DNA from: Veleropilina oligotropha
Taxonomy: Eukaryota
Reading direction: 5' to 3'
DNA: 64,000 nt
NCBI GenBank assembly: GCA_048128005.1
Contig: JBEUKZ010000060.1
Location: 62,001 to 126,000 of the forward strand
In this document: piece after piece, positions 26,590 to 37,149 of the stretch
How positions within the stretch are numbered: the first letter of the stretch is position 1
Layout of the letters: each line of letters starts with the position of its first letter
Position numbers and translations under genes: made by a program
The notes under the pieces: model-generated
The model's input: only the letters and a program-made list of their open reading frames with translations
Database searches by the model: none
What the model was told of the DNA's origin: nothing

Positions 26590-28060
26590 CACCGGTGGGA
26601 GCGTGTCTACTAGCGTACAGCCAGACGTGGCTGGAGCTAACGAAGAGCAGCTGAGTTCACTCGATCGTGAGTGCCGGATACAAATTAGCTTTCATCCGGC
26701 ATCCAACCCTAGCCATGCAACCACCAGGACCCGCTTGTCTCCTACAGCGAGAAAAACAAGCGGTCCTAGACCAGACAGTACGGGAATTACTCCTGAAAGG
26801 AGCCATTTACCCCGTACGCCAGGATATTACAGCCATTTCTTCCTGGTCCCGAAACCCGATGGCCGTTGGAGACCGATCCTCGATCTATCGCACCTCAACC
26901 GGTATCTTCGCACCGAGAAGTTCCAACAAGAACCACTGTCGAAGATACGAGCGGCCTTCCGTCTGGGCGACTGGGCAGTGTCTATCGACTTGACCGATGC
27001 GTACCTGCATGTTCTGATGCATATCTCGGCTCATCAGTACCTCCGGTTTGTTCACGGGATGACGATATACCAATTCTGGTGTCTACCGTTCGGTCTATCG
27101 TCAGCCCCATACGTCTTCACGAGAACAGTACAGGCCCTCGGGGCCTTCCTACATTCTTTGGGGCACAGGGTACATAATTATGTACCTCAACGACTGGTTG
27201 ATTCTCGGGGCATCCCGAGATCAGTGCCTCCAGTCCGCGAACTTTACCCTGTCATCGGTGAAACACCTGGGATTTCAGATCAACGAGATCAAATCCTGGT
27301 TCGTTCCCTCGACGACCTTTACATTCCTCGGAGTCGACTTCGATACGGTCCGGTACACCGCAAAGCCGACACAGAAACGTACCGAGAACCTACGCGCAGT
27401 TATCCAGGACGAGATCTTCAGGGATAGCCACGGCGCGACAACTGGCCACTGTCCTAGGGCACATCGAGTCTGTAGCACTCTTATTACCGACGGGTCGCAT
27501 GGACAAACAACCGTTACAGCGGGCCTTCAGAAACCGCTGGGTACAACGGATGGGACAGTGGACGGATCGCATCAATCTACGGCATTGGTTTACTCACACG
27601 ACAGCAGTGTGGCTGAACCCTGCTTTGCCGAGCTAGTCGGTTGCGATATCCCCACCAGAACCGAACGTCTTCCTCTTCACAGATGCTTCGAACAAATGCT
27701 GGGGGGTCACCTCGACAGTTACGAGACATCGGGTCTATGGCCGACGGACCTGCAGGGATGACACATCAACTTTTTAAAGTTAGAGGCAGTCTACTTAGCA
27801 GTACGGTCCTTCTCGTCACATCTCCGCAACAAGCATATCATGCTGGCCACGAACAACACGACTGTCGTCGCATACGTTCAACACCAAGGCGGCACTCGCT
27901 CACGTCCCCTCTGTGACCAGGCAATCGACCTACACCGCCTAGTGATGTCCCTCAACTCGACGATACGAGCACGACACATCCCGGGAAAATTGAATGTCAG
28001 AGCGGACTCGCTCTCTCGGAAATCACAGATTATACACACAGAGTGGACGCTACACAGCCG
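26590..28060 (+). pseudogene. DIRS reverse transcriptase / RNase H (frameshifted)
   Basis: PPVGACL; GYYSHFFLVPKPDGRWRPILDLS.LN; SIDLTDAYLH; LPFGLSSAP; YLNDWL; FTDAS; ARHIPGKLNVRADSLSR. Confidence 0.95.
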
Positions 28061-28455
28061 AGTAGCTCAGGTTTGTCGCCGGTGGTCGCACCCCCAAGTC
28101 GATCAGTGAGTGTTCGCAACAGAATTCAATCACCGACTCCCTCTGTAGGTCTCCCCATACCCAGATCCGGCCGCGATGGCCGTAGATGCACTGTCAATGA
28201 CATGAGAGAATCTGATCGCCTATGCCTTTCCGCCATCGTGCATAATACAACTGGTGCTGAAGAAGGCATCGATAGAACGCTGCGAGATAACGCCCCTGTA
28301 TCGCGCGCAGCCTTGGTTTCCGACACTTCTCGATCTCATCGTCGATCGGCCGCTTGCGCTACCGCACATACCAGACCTGTTGAAGCAACCGCGCTCGTGG
28401 GTACTCCACCCGTTGCCGAACGACCTTCGTCTACGCGCATGGCGGTTATCGATCG
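28060..28455 (+). pseudogene. DIRS N6-adenine methyltransferase-like (MT) domain
   Basis: P.VD..FAT..N..LP...SP.PDP.A.AVDA......YAFPP...I..VL.K...QPWFP.LL, the Dam-like domain that follows RNase H in DIRS1 elements. Confidence 0.8.
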
Positions 28456-29495
28456 ATCACTCGTTAAGAAGGGCTTTTCTCGAGCAACTGCCCGCCGTAT
28501 CTACCGATCGAGAAGGAATTCCATTACAAACGTCTACGACTATCGCTGGTCGAAATACGTGGATTGGTGTCACAGCAGGGAAATCGATATACTCAATCTC
28601 CCTGTTAACAAATTTATTGAGTTTATTTCATTGTTATTCGAACGAGGGTTATCAGTCTCATCGGTCAAAGGTTACCGTGCTATGATTTCGACTACGCTTC
28701 GACAATGTCGAGCACATGTTAAGCTATCCGACGACCGTACTATCTCTAATTACATACGCTCTTATCAACTCGAGAGACCGACTGGGCTGGCGCGGCCGCC
28801 AGCGTGGAACATCATACTCGTCTTAAATGCTCTGCTTCGCCCTCCGTATGAGTCTTTAGGGGTTGCGTCTCGCAAACATCTTACCCACAAAGTAGTCTTT
28901 CTATCCGCCCTACGGTCGGGTCAGCGGTGCTCAGAAATACATAGCTTTTCGTCAAAGCCTAGAGACGTCAGGTTCCACTCCGATAGGTCGGTAATCCTTC
29001 GCCCTGTGTTAGGTTTTTTTAGCCAAGAACCAACAGTCGCTCCCGATGTCGTTATCCCGATTTATCATGACGTGGACCGATTAAATTGTCCGGTGCGTGC
29101 CTTGAAGTTTTATCTGGATCGGACCCGTGAACTGCGATGTGGCAAGCATCGTTTATTTATTTTCGTACATGCCAAATTTTCATCACGACATCACTAAAAT
29201 TACTGTGTCGAGATGGATTGCGCAGACTGTGAAGGATATTTACAACGCTTCTACTGAACAGGACCGCACTCTAGTATCTATACGCGCCCATGAGACGCGT
29301 GCGATTGCTGCAACCCTTGCTTTTCGACATTCCTTGAACATGAAAAGCCTGTTAAAAGCAGGTTATTGGAAAAACGCTAATGTGTTTATTAAACAGTATC
29401 TCCGTGATTTTTCTACGGGCGTTGATGGCGTTAGTAGCCTACAATGTGTCGCAGGTCAACGGACAATAGTCACTCAGAGGTCACGTGATAAGTAA
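28439..29495 (+). pseudogene. DIRS tyrosine recombinase (frameshifted)
   Basis: SAM-like N-terminus (Y..RW..Y..WC, S.KGYR..IS), then R.SEI, CPVRAL..Y, HETR and AG.W....F.K.Y catalytic motifs over ORFs 28043 and 29127. Confidence 0.9.
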
Positions 29496-30265
29496 GGTAT
29501 TGTGCTCTAATTAGTTAATTCAATACTGTTATTACTGTGTAATATATTTCTGGTTCTAACTGTGTTGCATTGCGTACACTCTTAGTATCATTCAATGTGA
29601 AATTAATTCTTAACATTTATTTAAGATTTAATTCATGTCATAACTAGGTGTTTGACATTTCCCACAATTAGGATGATTATATTACAAAATCTTAAAATGT
29701 TTTTAAGTTTTTAATATTATTGATGTTACCTTACTGCTGTTCGGAACATACAATGTTTTAGACATTGCAAAAATTTAATATTAAAATATCTTATATTTCT
29801 TTAAGTTACATGGGTACATGTAGCACTTCGCATTTGATCATTCGACCTCTTTATTAATAATTTTATTTATTAATTCTTGCTGAATATGATTGCAGATAAC
29901 CCGCCGGGTGTCGTGAGTGCTTATCATATTTGATCACCTACTGTTACACGGTTGTTCAGACCTGGGTACTCCAGTAGGCTGCTTCGGCCCATGACATACA
30001 TACCCACCTGAGGGCTTTTGCCTTGGGCTGACTGCACCTTCGCTCACCATGTCTGGTAACCCCCTCTGGCATTTTTCCCAGTCTCATTGGTTAAAAACTA
30101 TCATGAGGTAAGAGTAGGAATAGACTCATTTCTACTCCGAGCGGGCTCAAATCAACACTACAAGCGGTATTCTTCGGTGACATGTAAGTTTTGATCTTGG
30201 TGTAAATATAGACTTTATTTTAGTTTATATAGAAACTTGTTCCCGCCTACCAAGGTTATTCTGGC

Positions 30266-30354
30266 ACTTGTGAATACATAATGGTAAGTTTGTAACTAAT
30301 AATGAGGTTTTATAGTAAACCTTGTATTAGTTAAAACTTACCGTGTGTATTCAC
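30266..30354 (+). other. DIRS internal complementary region (ICR)
   Basis: GGTAAGTTTGTAACTAAT complements the left terminus ATTAGTTACAAACTTACC; the adjacent AATGAGGTTTTATAGTAAACCTTGTATTAGTTAAAACTTACC complements the right terminus. Confidence 0.9.
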
Positions 30355-30804
30355 GACGGTTCCCACCCTGCTCTTAGTATTCGCATACCTCCCCTCATTC
30401 CTTTTAAGTTCCTTATCTTGATCGCTCCAAACTGAAACTGACAAGGGGCACGGCGATAATCAGGTCTTGACCTCACGTGACGTGGGAGGTCGCAGGTCAC
30501 TGAACTTAAGGTTTGATTGACAGGGGAGAGGTCAGGGTGTGTTCGGTAATGTGTTCCTTTCTTACAAGTGGTGCAATGCGATTCCACTATTTCCGGATTT
30601 AGCAATAGCATAACTATTATGGAACTTGTGAATACGTAAGGTAAGTTTTAACTAATACAAGGTTTACTATGAAACCTTATTATTTCTAAGTATTATTTTA
30701 AGTAGTATTTATAAAAGTTCTTAAGTCTAAAAGTATTCCAAATTTAAGAAAAAGATAGAAGTACTCTAGAGGAATTTTAGCACTCTTATTCTTATCTCTC
30801 CAAA

Positions 30805-31590
30805 ATGGCTGCTGCTAGACATGTACAAATACTTCATATGAGACATATTATGATTCGTAACGACAACGGAAATGATGACAATGATTTCGAACTTGCACAA
30901 CGTTTTCGCTTGGATAAAGTCGGTATTTTATTTGTAACAGATTAGATTAGAGAATCTATTACATCGCCAACACTATGAAATAGTGCTATTTCACCTGAAT
31001 TAAAGATTATGATTTTACTATGCTATCTAAAATGGAATTGTGCAATGCAGATCCTACCATTAGCAAGGTAATTAATGACACATTGGTGACTTTAACACAA
31101 CCACATATCATCAAACAATTTATAAAGTTACCTCTGCAACAGAGAGAAAGAGGAAAAAATCAGGTAGCATTCGCCTAGATTAGTGGATTTCCTGAAGTCG
31201 TGGGAGTCATAGATTGCACAAACATTTGTATACATGTAATAGGTCCCAAATATGACGAGCCCGAGTATGTCAACAGAAAACATTTTCACAACATATATGT
31301 CCAGCTGGTATTCATCGCCGACTAGTACATAATGGACGTTGTTTCAAAAACGGCCGGGATCAACTCACGACGCCACGGGATCTACTCACGACGCCACGGG
31401 ATCAACTCACGACGCCACGGGATCAACTCACGACGCCAGGTTGTTGCAGGAAAGTGGTTTGCGAACCTCGTTCGAAATAAACATGTTGCCTGGCTGTCAC
31501 CTTTTATAGGCGACAGTGGATATCCATGCCGACGATGACTCCTGACACCTTATTTGATGCCTCAACCTGGTTCACAGAGCAACTACAACA
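30805..31590 (+). pseudogene. Harbinger (HARBI1-like) DDE transposase remnant
   Basis: RFRLDKVGILFVTD..; GFPEVVGVIDCT; YVNRKHFH.I.VQ; PGSTHDA; GDSGYP...LLTPY; several stops. Confidence 0.9.
31356..31438 (+). repeat. 21-bp tandem repeat x4 (GGGATCAACTCACGACGCCAC)
   Basis: Directly visible; duplicates the GSTHDA codons of the transposase in frame. Confidence 0.95.
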
Positions 31591-32364
31591 TGTACATATC
31601 TCATTGCATCCGATTCCATCATAGTATATTTAAATAATAATTGTAAACCTGTTTACATTATGACTATTGAAGTCTAGTAGCTTTCTTGGTGTCAACTTTT
31701 GCAGCTGGATAGTCTCCCTTAGGGTCAAGGTTTCTAAATATAACACGGGTTTTCCCTAGATACGCTCCTAAGAATTTTCTAAGAATTATTTTTACTCTTA
31801 ACTAAAATTTACTCTCAGAATTTTAAGATAAAAGTTATTCTGAGAATGTTTATAAATCAACTTTAAGCATTTTTCCTAGCTAAAAGTTATCTTAGCGACT
31901 CAGAGAGTAATTTTAAGAAAATTCTAAGAATCTTTATAAATACGGCCCCAGGACTTCTAAACATTGTCTTTTATTAACTTGTCCGGACCACTCCTCCCAA
32001 CCTGCTGGTTATATTTCATCGACACTTGGCATAGTTGTGCACCTGGAGCGATTTTTCCCAGAAGGACCTTTGACCTTTCAGTTATGACCTTTGATATTTC
32101 TGTTATGACTTTCAACCAAAATCTTTGTACAGCTTACTTTTAAGAGACTGTTCATGGTTTCTCATTTTGCAGCAGGTCTATTTATCCTAATCCAATGGAA
32201 TTATCCTGTTTGTCCATCTGTCTGTCCGTCTATTTTTTGTATTCAACTATTCACTGGATATCTGTACTGATAGTTTGTATAATACATATGAGGCATGGAG
32301 AGGGGGATATTAGTTATCCTCTGGATAGAAGTTCTAGTTGGCTTAATTAAGTTTGCTATGTGGA

Positions 32365-32892
32365 AAGGAAAGGATCGATGCTTAATGTCCTGTATATTTC
32401 CAACCATCATTAGGTTCAAAGCAGGGCAGGCCGCTTCGACAGTACAGTGGTACAGTTGTGGATTCCGAAAATTCACTGGCTTGATTCCACTGATGCGAAC
32501 AGTAGTGGGTTCGACCCCCGGCTGAGGCATCACACATTTGTTCAAGTTATGAATCACAGTTGTCCGTGACTGGTTGAAGAGGGCAGGTTTACCCGGGCGA
32601 CCAGGCTTTCTTCCCGCATCATACGGACATGTCCTGGTTTGAACCAAATGATGGTTGGAAATATACAGGACATTAAGCATCAATCCTTTCCTTTCAAAAC
32701 AGGACATGTCCATATTATCACCGGAGAAACATCTCGGTCACCCGGGGAAACCCGCCCTCTCCGACCAGCTACGGACAACTGTGATTCATAACTTGAACAA
32801 ATGTGTGATGTCCCTGTCGACGTTTGAACCCACTGTTCGTGTCAGTGATTTTCAGCGTCCACAACCGATACCACACGACTGTCGAAGAGGCC
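32365..32892 (-). mobile_element. tRNA-derived SINE (outer copy) split by an inverted copy
   Basis: TSD TT(T/C)GCTATGTGGA at 32352-32364 and 32893-32905. Confidence 0.85.
32429..32692 (+). mobile_element. tRNA-derived SINE (inner copy), (TTTCC)n tail subfamily
   Basis: Full head with B-box GGTTCGACCCC; TSD TTCAAAGCAGGGCA / TTCAAAACAGGACA. Confidence 0.9.
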
Positions 32893-33720
32893 TTCGCTAT
32901 GTGGACAACACGTTTGTGATGATTCATGATCATACAACATGCGTGTGTTCTAGGCCCAACAGCATCGACTGGAGATCAACAATAAGCATTCATTTCTCGA
33001 CCCGTGTATTAACATTCTTGACGATGGTGGCGCCAAAATTACTGTTTACCATATGCCCACCCATATGCATTGAAAAATTTCATTTGCATCATCCGTTGGA
33101 ACACAAATGACCTGTCATTTGTACACGCTTGAGCAGAGCAGATGACTACGTCAAGACGATAGGGAACATGAACACTTTAAGAGTGCGCTTTGCATCAATG
33201 GATATGCAAAATGGGCCCTCAACATCCCGAATCTCAAACCCCGTCCTCTACCTCGATCCTGCCACAACCATGGCCAACTCTGATTGTAATACCATATGTG
33301 CAGGGTTTGTTTGAGAAACTCTCTATCAACACCTACCATCAACATTCCAATAAATTAAGATCTATATCACCCAAACGACCATTTCCCAGATGAGAAGAAA
33401 TGTTGGGTGATATATATAATCCATTGCAATGGGTCGCCTGATCAGGGAAACCAAGCATACCCTTGCGACTTGCTTCAAAGAACATGCCAACCTCGATCAG
33501 CCTACGGGTGCAGGTGATCACTGCCAAGCCAGCGACTACTCGGTGTCACTAAGCAACACTTCAATTCTCACCATCGGTCCTGACTGGACATAACGCGATG
33601 TCAAGGAGCTCATCTACATCCGCCAACATAAACCCACCATGAACGGTACCAGGGATACCAGCTGCCCGCAATTTACCACAGCCTGCTACCTGAGTGCCCC
33701 CTGTGGCCAACAAGATATAA
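32893..33720 (+). pseudogene. Penelope-like element RT thumb and GIY-YIG, right part
   Basis: RYVDNTFV, HHPLEHK, L.RA, IPYVQGL.EKL and ELIYIRQHKPTMN motifs; continues the 21318-21625 fragment. Confidence 0.8.
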
Positions 33721-33837
33721 CATGATCAAAACTGTCAAAACATTGAAAAAACATTTCAAAATCCAGTTCCAAAGCAATTGAGAACATTTGTGCCTTGGAA
33801 GATTTTGTCATGTACAGTATACAGTTTATGAGTTAGA

Positions 33838-34104
33838 AAAGGAAAGGATAGATACTGAATGTCCTGTATATTTCCAACCATCATTTGGTTCAAAGCAGGA
33901 TATGTTTGTATTATCGCGGGAGGAAAGTCCGATCGCCCGGGTAAACCCGCCCTCTCCGACCAGTTACGGACAACTGTGATTCATAATTTGAACAAATGTG
34001 TGCTGCCCCTGCCGAGGTTTGAACCCACTACTGTTCGCGTCAGCGGAATCAAGTCAGTGATTTTCGGAGTCCACAACCGATACCACTGTATTGTCTAAGC
34101 GGCC
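33838..34104 (-). mobile_element. tRNA-derived SINE, full length
   Basis: Reverse-complement copy; TSD GTTTATGAGTTAGA. Confidence 0.9.
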
Positions 34105-34702
34105 GTTTATGAGTTAGAGGACCTGTCCTGTAGGAATTAGACCTCTGTGTTTTACCCCACATATTTTCCACGTGTCCTCCACTTTGTTCAATAACAGACC
34201 GCATTCGGGACCATGGTTTTGCAGGGTTTTTTGTGGAAGGTTTCGTGATGAATTTCAGATCTCCATTCTGATGTTTTTGTTGAACTGATCTAGAGTTGAC
34301 AGAGAAAGGCTCTGGTTGCCCTGGCAGTATGAGATGGTGTATCATCCTGTTGAAATAATTGAGAATGCATGTGAATTACATTATTCCTCCTGCGAACCTT
34401 AACCGTAAAGGTAAATGATAAAATCTCAATGATTATTTGACAGGAGTTGACTGGATTCACTGTGATTGCTCATCCATGCCTGCCCGCAAAGAACTTGGTG
34501 CCAATGATACCACACCATCCTATGGCTACCAACACAGTCACCTTAATTCAACTTAATTCAATTTTGTCGGTTTTCTAATGTTATCGGGATTTTCAATTTC
34601 CCAGTATCTCAAATTTGTTTGTTTACAACCCCGGATCAATGAGCATGACATTTATCAGCCATGGGCAACTGTGGATTCTCTTTCAACTTCCTCAAGTCTT
34701 AA

Positions 34703-35667
34703 AGATGTTGAATCTACATTTGTATGATATTTCGTATAAAAGAAAACTATAAATACGATATGGTATCCATACATGACATGTTTTTAGGACGAAGGAAAAG
34801 TTAAAATGCAACAAAAGGTGTTGCTAGCATTTAATAATCGCTTCAGCCGACGTGGTATTTTAATCAGCGCTTCAATCCTCCGAAGCCATTTTATCTCATT
34901 TATCGGGGACGGACACATCCGATCGTTATTGGGTCAAACGTCACGTGGTCCCGTCGATTTGATTGACTCATAGACCTAAATATGATTATGTCTATGATTG
35001 ACATCACACAGCAAGCAAAATGGAGGTCAGTGTTTATCGGTTCGCTGAAATTGATGTATTGGTTTGAAAGATATAGCTACTTTCTCATAATTGTAGTATA
35101 TGGCAGCAATACTAACATAATAACCATATTTATTTCATCAAGTAATTAGGCCTATTGCGCACCGCGACATTGTAATGACATGGGCATTCACTGTTTCAAG
35201 TGCTTCACTGTTTGTTTACAAGTTGAAGTAGCCGCATCCAATTTTCATTTATAGCGTTATTTATTATTTCAAGTTTTTCGCGTACATCCATTTCACAGTC
35301 GATAACGGCGGCCTGCCTCTCTTTCTCGTGTCGACATCTGCCATGGAAACCGATATAAACAAACTTAGGTCGACCTTGAAATGACCCGGTAGATCGCGAG
35401 AGTGATTTAGGGCGGAGCTAGGTGACGTGTTGAGCCGTCGTTCATTTCCGTATAAATCTCATGTACAATCGGCTCGAATTATGAGCGCGCGCTCATAATT
35501 CAATAAAAAAAATTCAAATATTTATTACTTATTACTAAGTGAAAAACAATTTTGCGGTGTGTGGTAATCTCGAGACGTCCTAACTATATGCAATAAATCA
35601 ATGCAGAAAGTGTAAGATAGAACAGCATTTAAATACATTTTAGCGATCTGAAGTAGATCCTGCATCT
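34703..35667. mobile_element. Non-autonomous Kolobok-like DNA transposon
   Basis: TTAA on both sides; imperfect TIR AGATGTTGAATCTA / TAGATCCTGCATCT with AG..CT ends; palindromic target CAAGTC-TTAA-GACTTG. Confidence 0.65.
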
Positions 35668-36023
35668 TTAAGACTTGATGTTGATCAGTATCAGATCCAA
35701 TTCTGGATGAGCAGAACTGATGTCTCGGTTTAAAGCTGACATTAAGTGACTGTGAGTGACCGACTCGGACTCATAATTGCCACAATTTCTTTACTACGAC
35801 CAGTTCCATTCATTTCACTGCAATCCTTGCGCTGACTACAGTGTCAGACGCTGCCAACAGTCAAACACTTTTGAACTATTCTCTGAATTGTGTTCCTGTT
35901 TGGTGCTGTATGATAATGTATATAGTATTTAACCTTAAGCTTGGAGATACCTTTTGAGAGATGCCAGAATTCAACATAATGGTTTATTGTTGTTTTCGAT
36001 GAATTGTCAGTATTTCCATTTTT

Positions 36024-36664
36024 AAATAGAGGATCTGATATGAGTGGTGGCGTAATATCACATTTATGAAACGAAATTAGTTAAACGAGTTTCATAAATG
36101 TGATATTACACCACCACGAATGTGATGTTCTATTTATCACATGTCTGTTTATGATAAAATTAATTTAAAACAATTCACAACTTCGCTATTAGAAAGTAGC
36201 GACGTTGACACTACGGCGCATTGTAAGTAAGATGGAATGACGTCATACTCACGCAATACAAAAATAGTGAAATATGCTACGAAATACAATGTTTACGTGT
36301 TTGTAAAAGTATAATTAAAGATTAAAAAGCAAATATGTGAAGATAAAATGCTAAAATTTTATATATGTTATCTAAAGGAAAAAGAATAATGAATATTATT
36401 TGTGCTTAAAATTTACAACGATAGTCTAAACATCCATGTGCGACACGTTGTCGTCGATTACGTTTTGGATTGAGTGTGACCAAAATCGTTTCTATATAAG
36501 GCAATTTTTCGGATGACGTTACTTCACTTGCGTTTTCATTGGTTACTTTAAGGTCTCTTTGTAAACAGCCAATCGCATTTCGATATGATTTTGAGACACG
36601 TGTATTACGACGAATAATACACAGTGCTGCACTATGAGAAAATGACCAAGACATGTGATAAATA
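36024..36664. mobile_element. Non-autonomous element with terminal hairpin and internal inverted repeat (family uncertain)
   Basis: 29-bp stem 36044-36072 / 36089-36117; perfect 16-bp inverted repeat TATTTATCACATGTCT at 36131-36146 / 36649-36664. Confidence 0.55.
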
Positions 36665-37149
36665 AGGATATGAAACAAAACTTCCATCACCCTGGAACTA
36701 GAAAATATGAGTAATTAGTAATAAATTTTTTTTTTAAAGATTCGATATATGTATTGTCAAAATGGGAACATTTTGGGGGATACCCTATATATACTTTTGA
36801 CCATGCTTGGAGATTAAAACACCCGCTTCAGACAAGAGGATGCACGCTATACCTATGACACAAATTGAAATGGACAACACCTGGTAAGTTTCCTCCAGGA
36901 ACACACTTGTAGCAGTCATAACACAATTTCAAAAGCGAAAATGAATGCTTTGGAATTTTCAAGACCCGTCTACAGCTGATCAAAGACAAGTCGATTTCAT
37001 TATCAGCCGAAACAAAAAGCGAAACAGCGTTCTTAATGCTGAAGTACATGGCACCTTCAAAGACAGTTATGCTCAGCTTGAGCAACCCACATTAACAAGC
37101 CCCTAATAAAATATCAACTGGAAATCACTCTCCTAACTGTTAGACCTGC

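Larger units (their letters stand above)
22100..30684 (+). mobile_element. Full-length DIRS1-group tyrosine-recombinase retrotransposon (decayed ORFs)
   Basis: Left ITR 22100-22293 + 23561-23603 is inverted to right ITR ~30429-30657. Right extension to 30684, ICR at ~30266-30354, ATT at both junctions, and gag-RT-RH-MT-YR order. Confidence 0.95.
21989..31948 (+). mobile_element. PIF/Harbinger DNA transposon interrupted by DIRS
   Basis: 18-bp TIRs GGGCCGTATTTATAAAGA / TCTTTATAAATACGGCCC flanked by CTG/CAG (CWG target); contains a HARBI1-like transposase remnant. Confidence 0.9.
21631..32339 (+). mobile_element. HINE-like element hosting the Harbinger/DIRS nest
   Basis: Head TTATACCCCCATAACGAAGTTAGGGGGGTATA; the internal unit CTCCCAACCTGCT...CATCGACACTTGGCATA occurs at ~21708, ~21869 and again at ~31994; end GGGGGATATT...CTAGTT. 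Confidence 0.8.
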
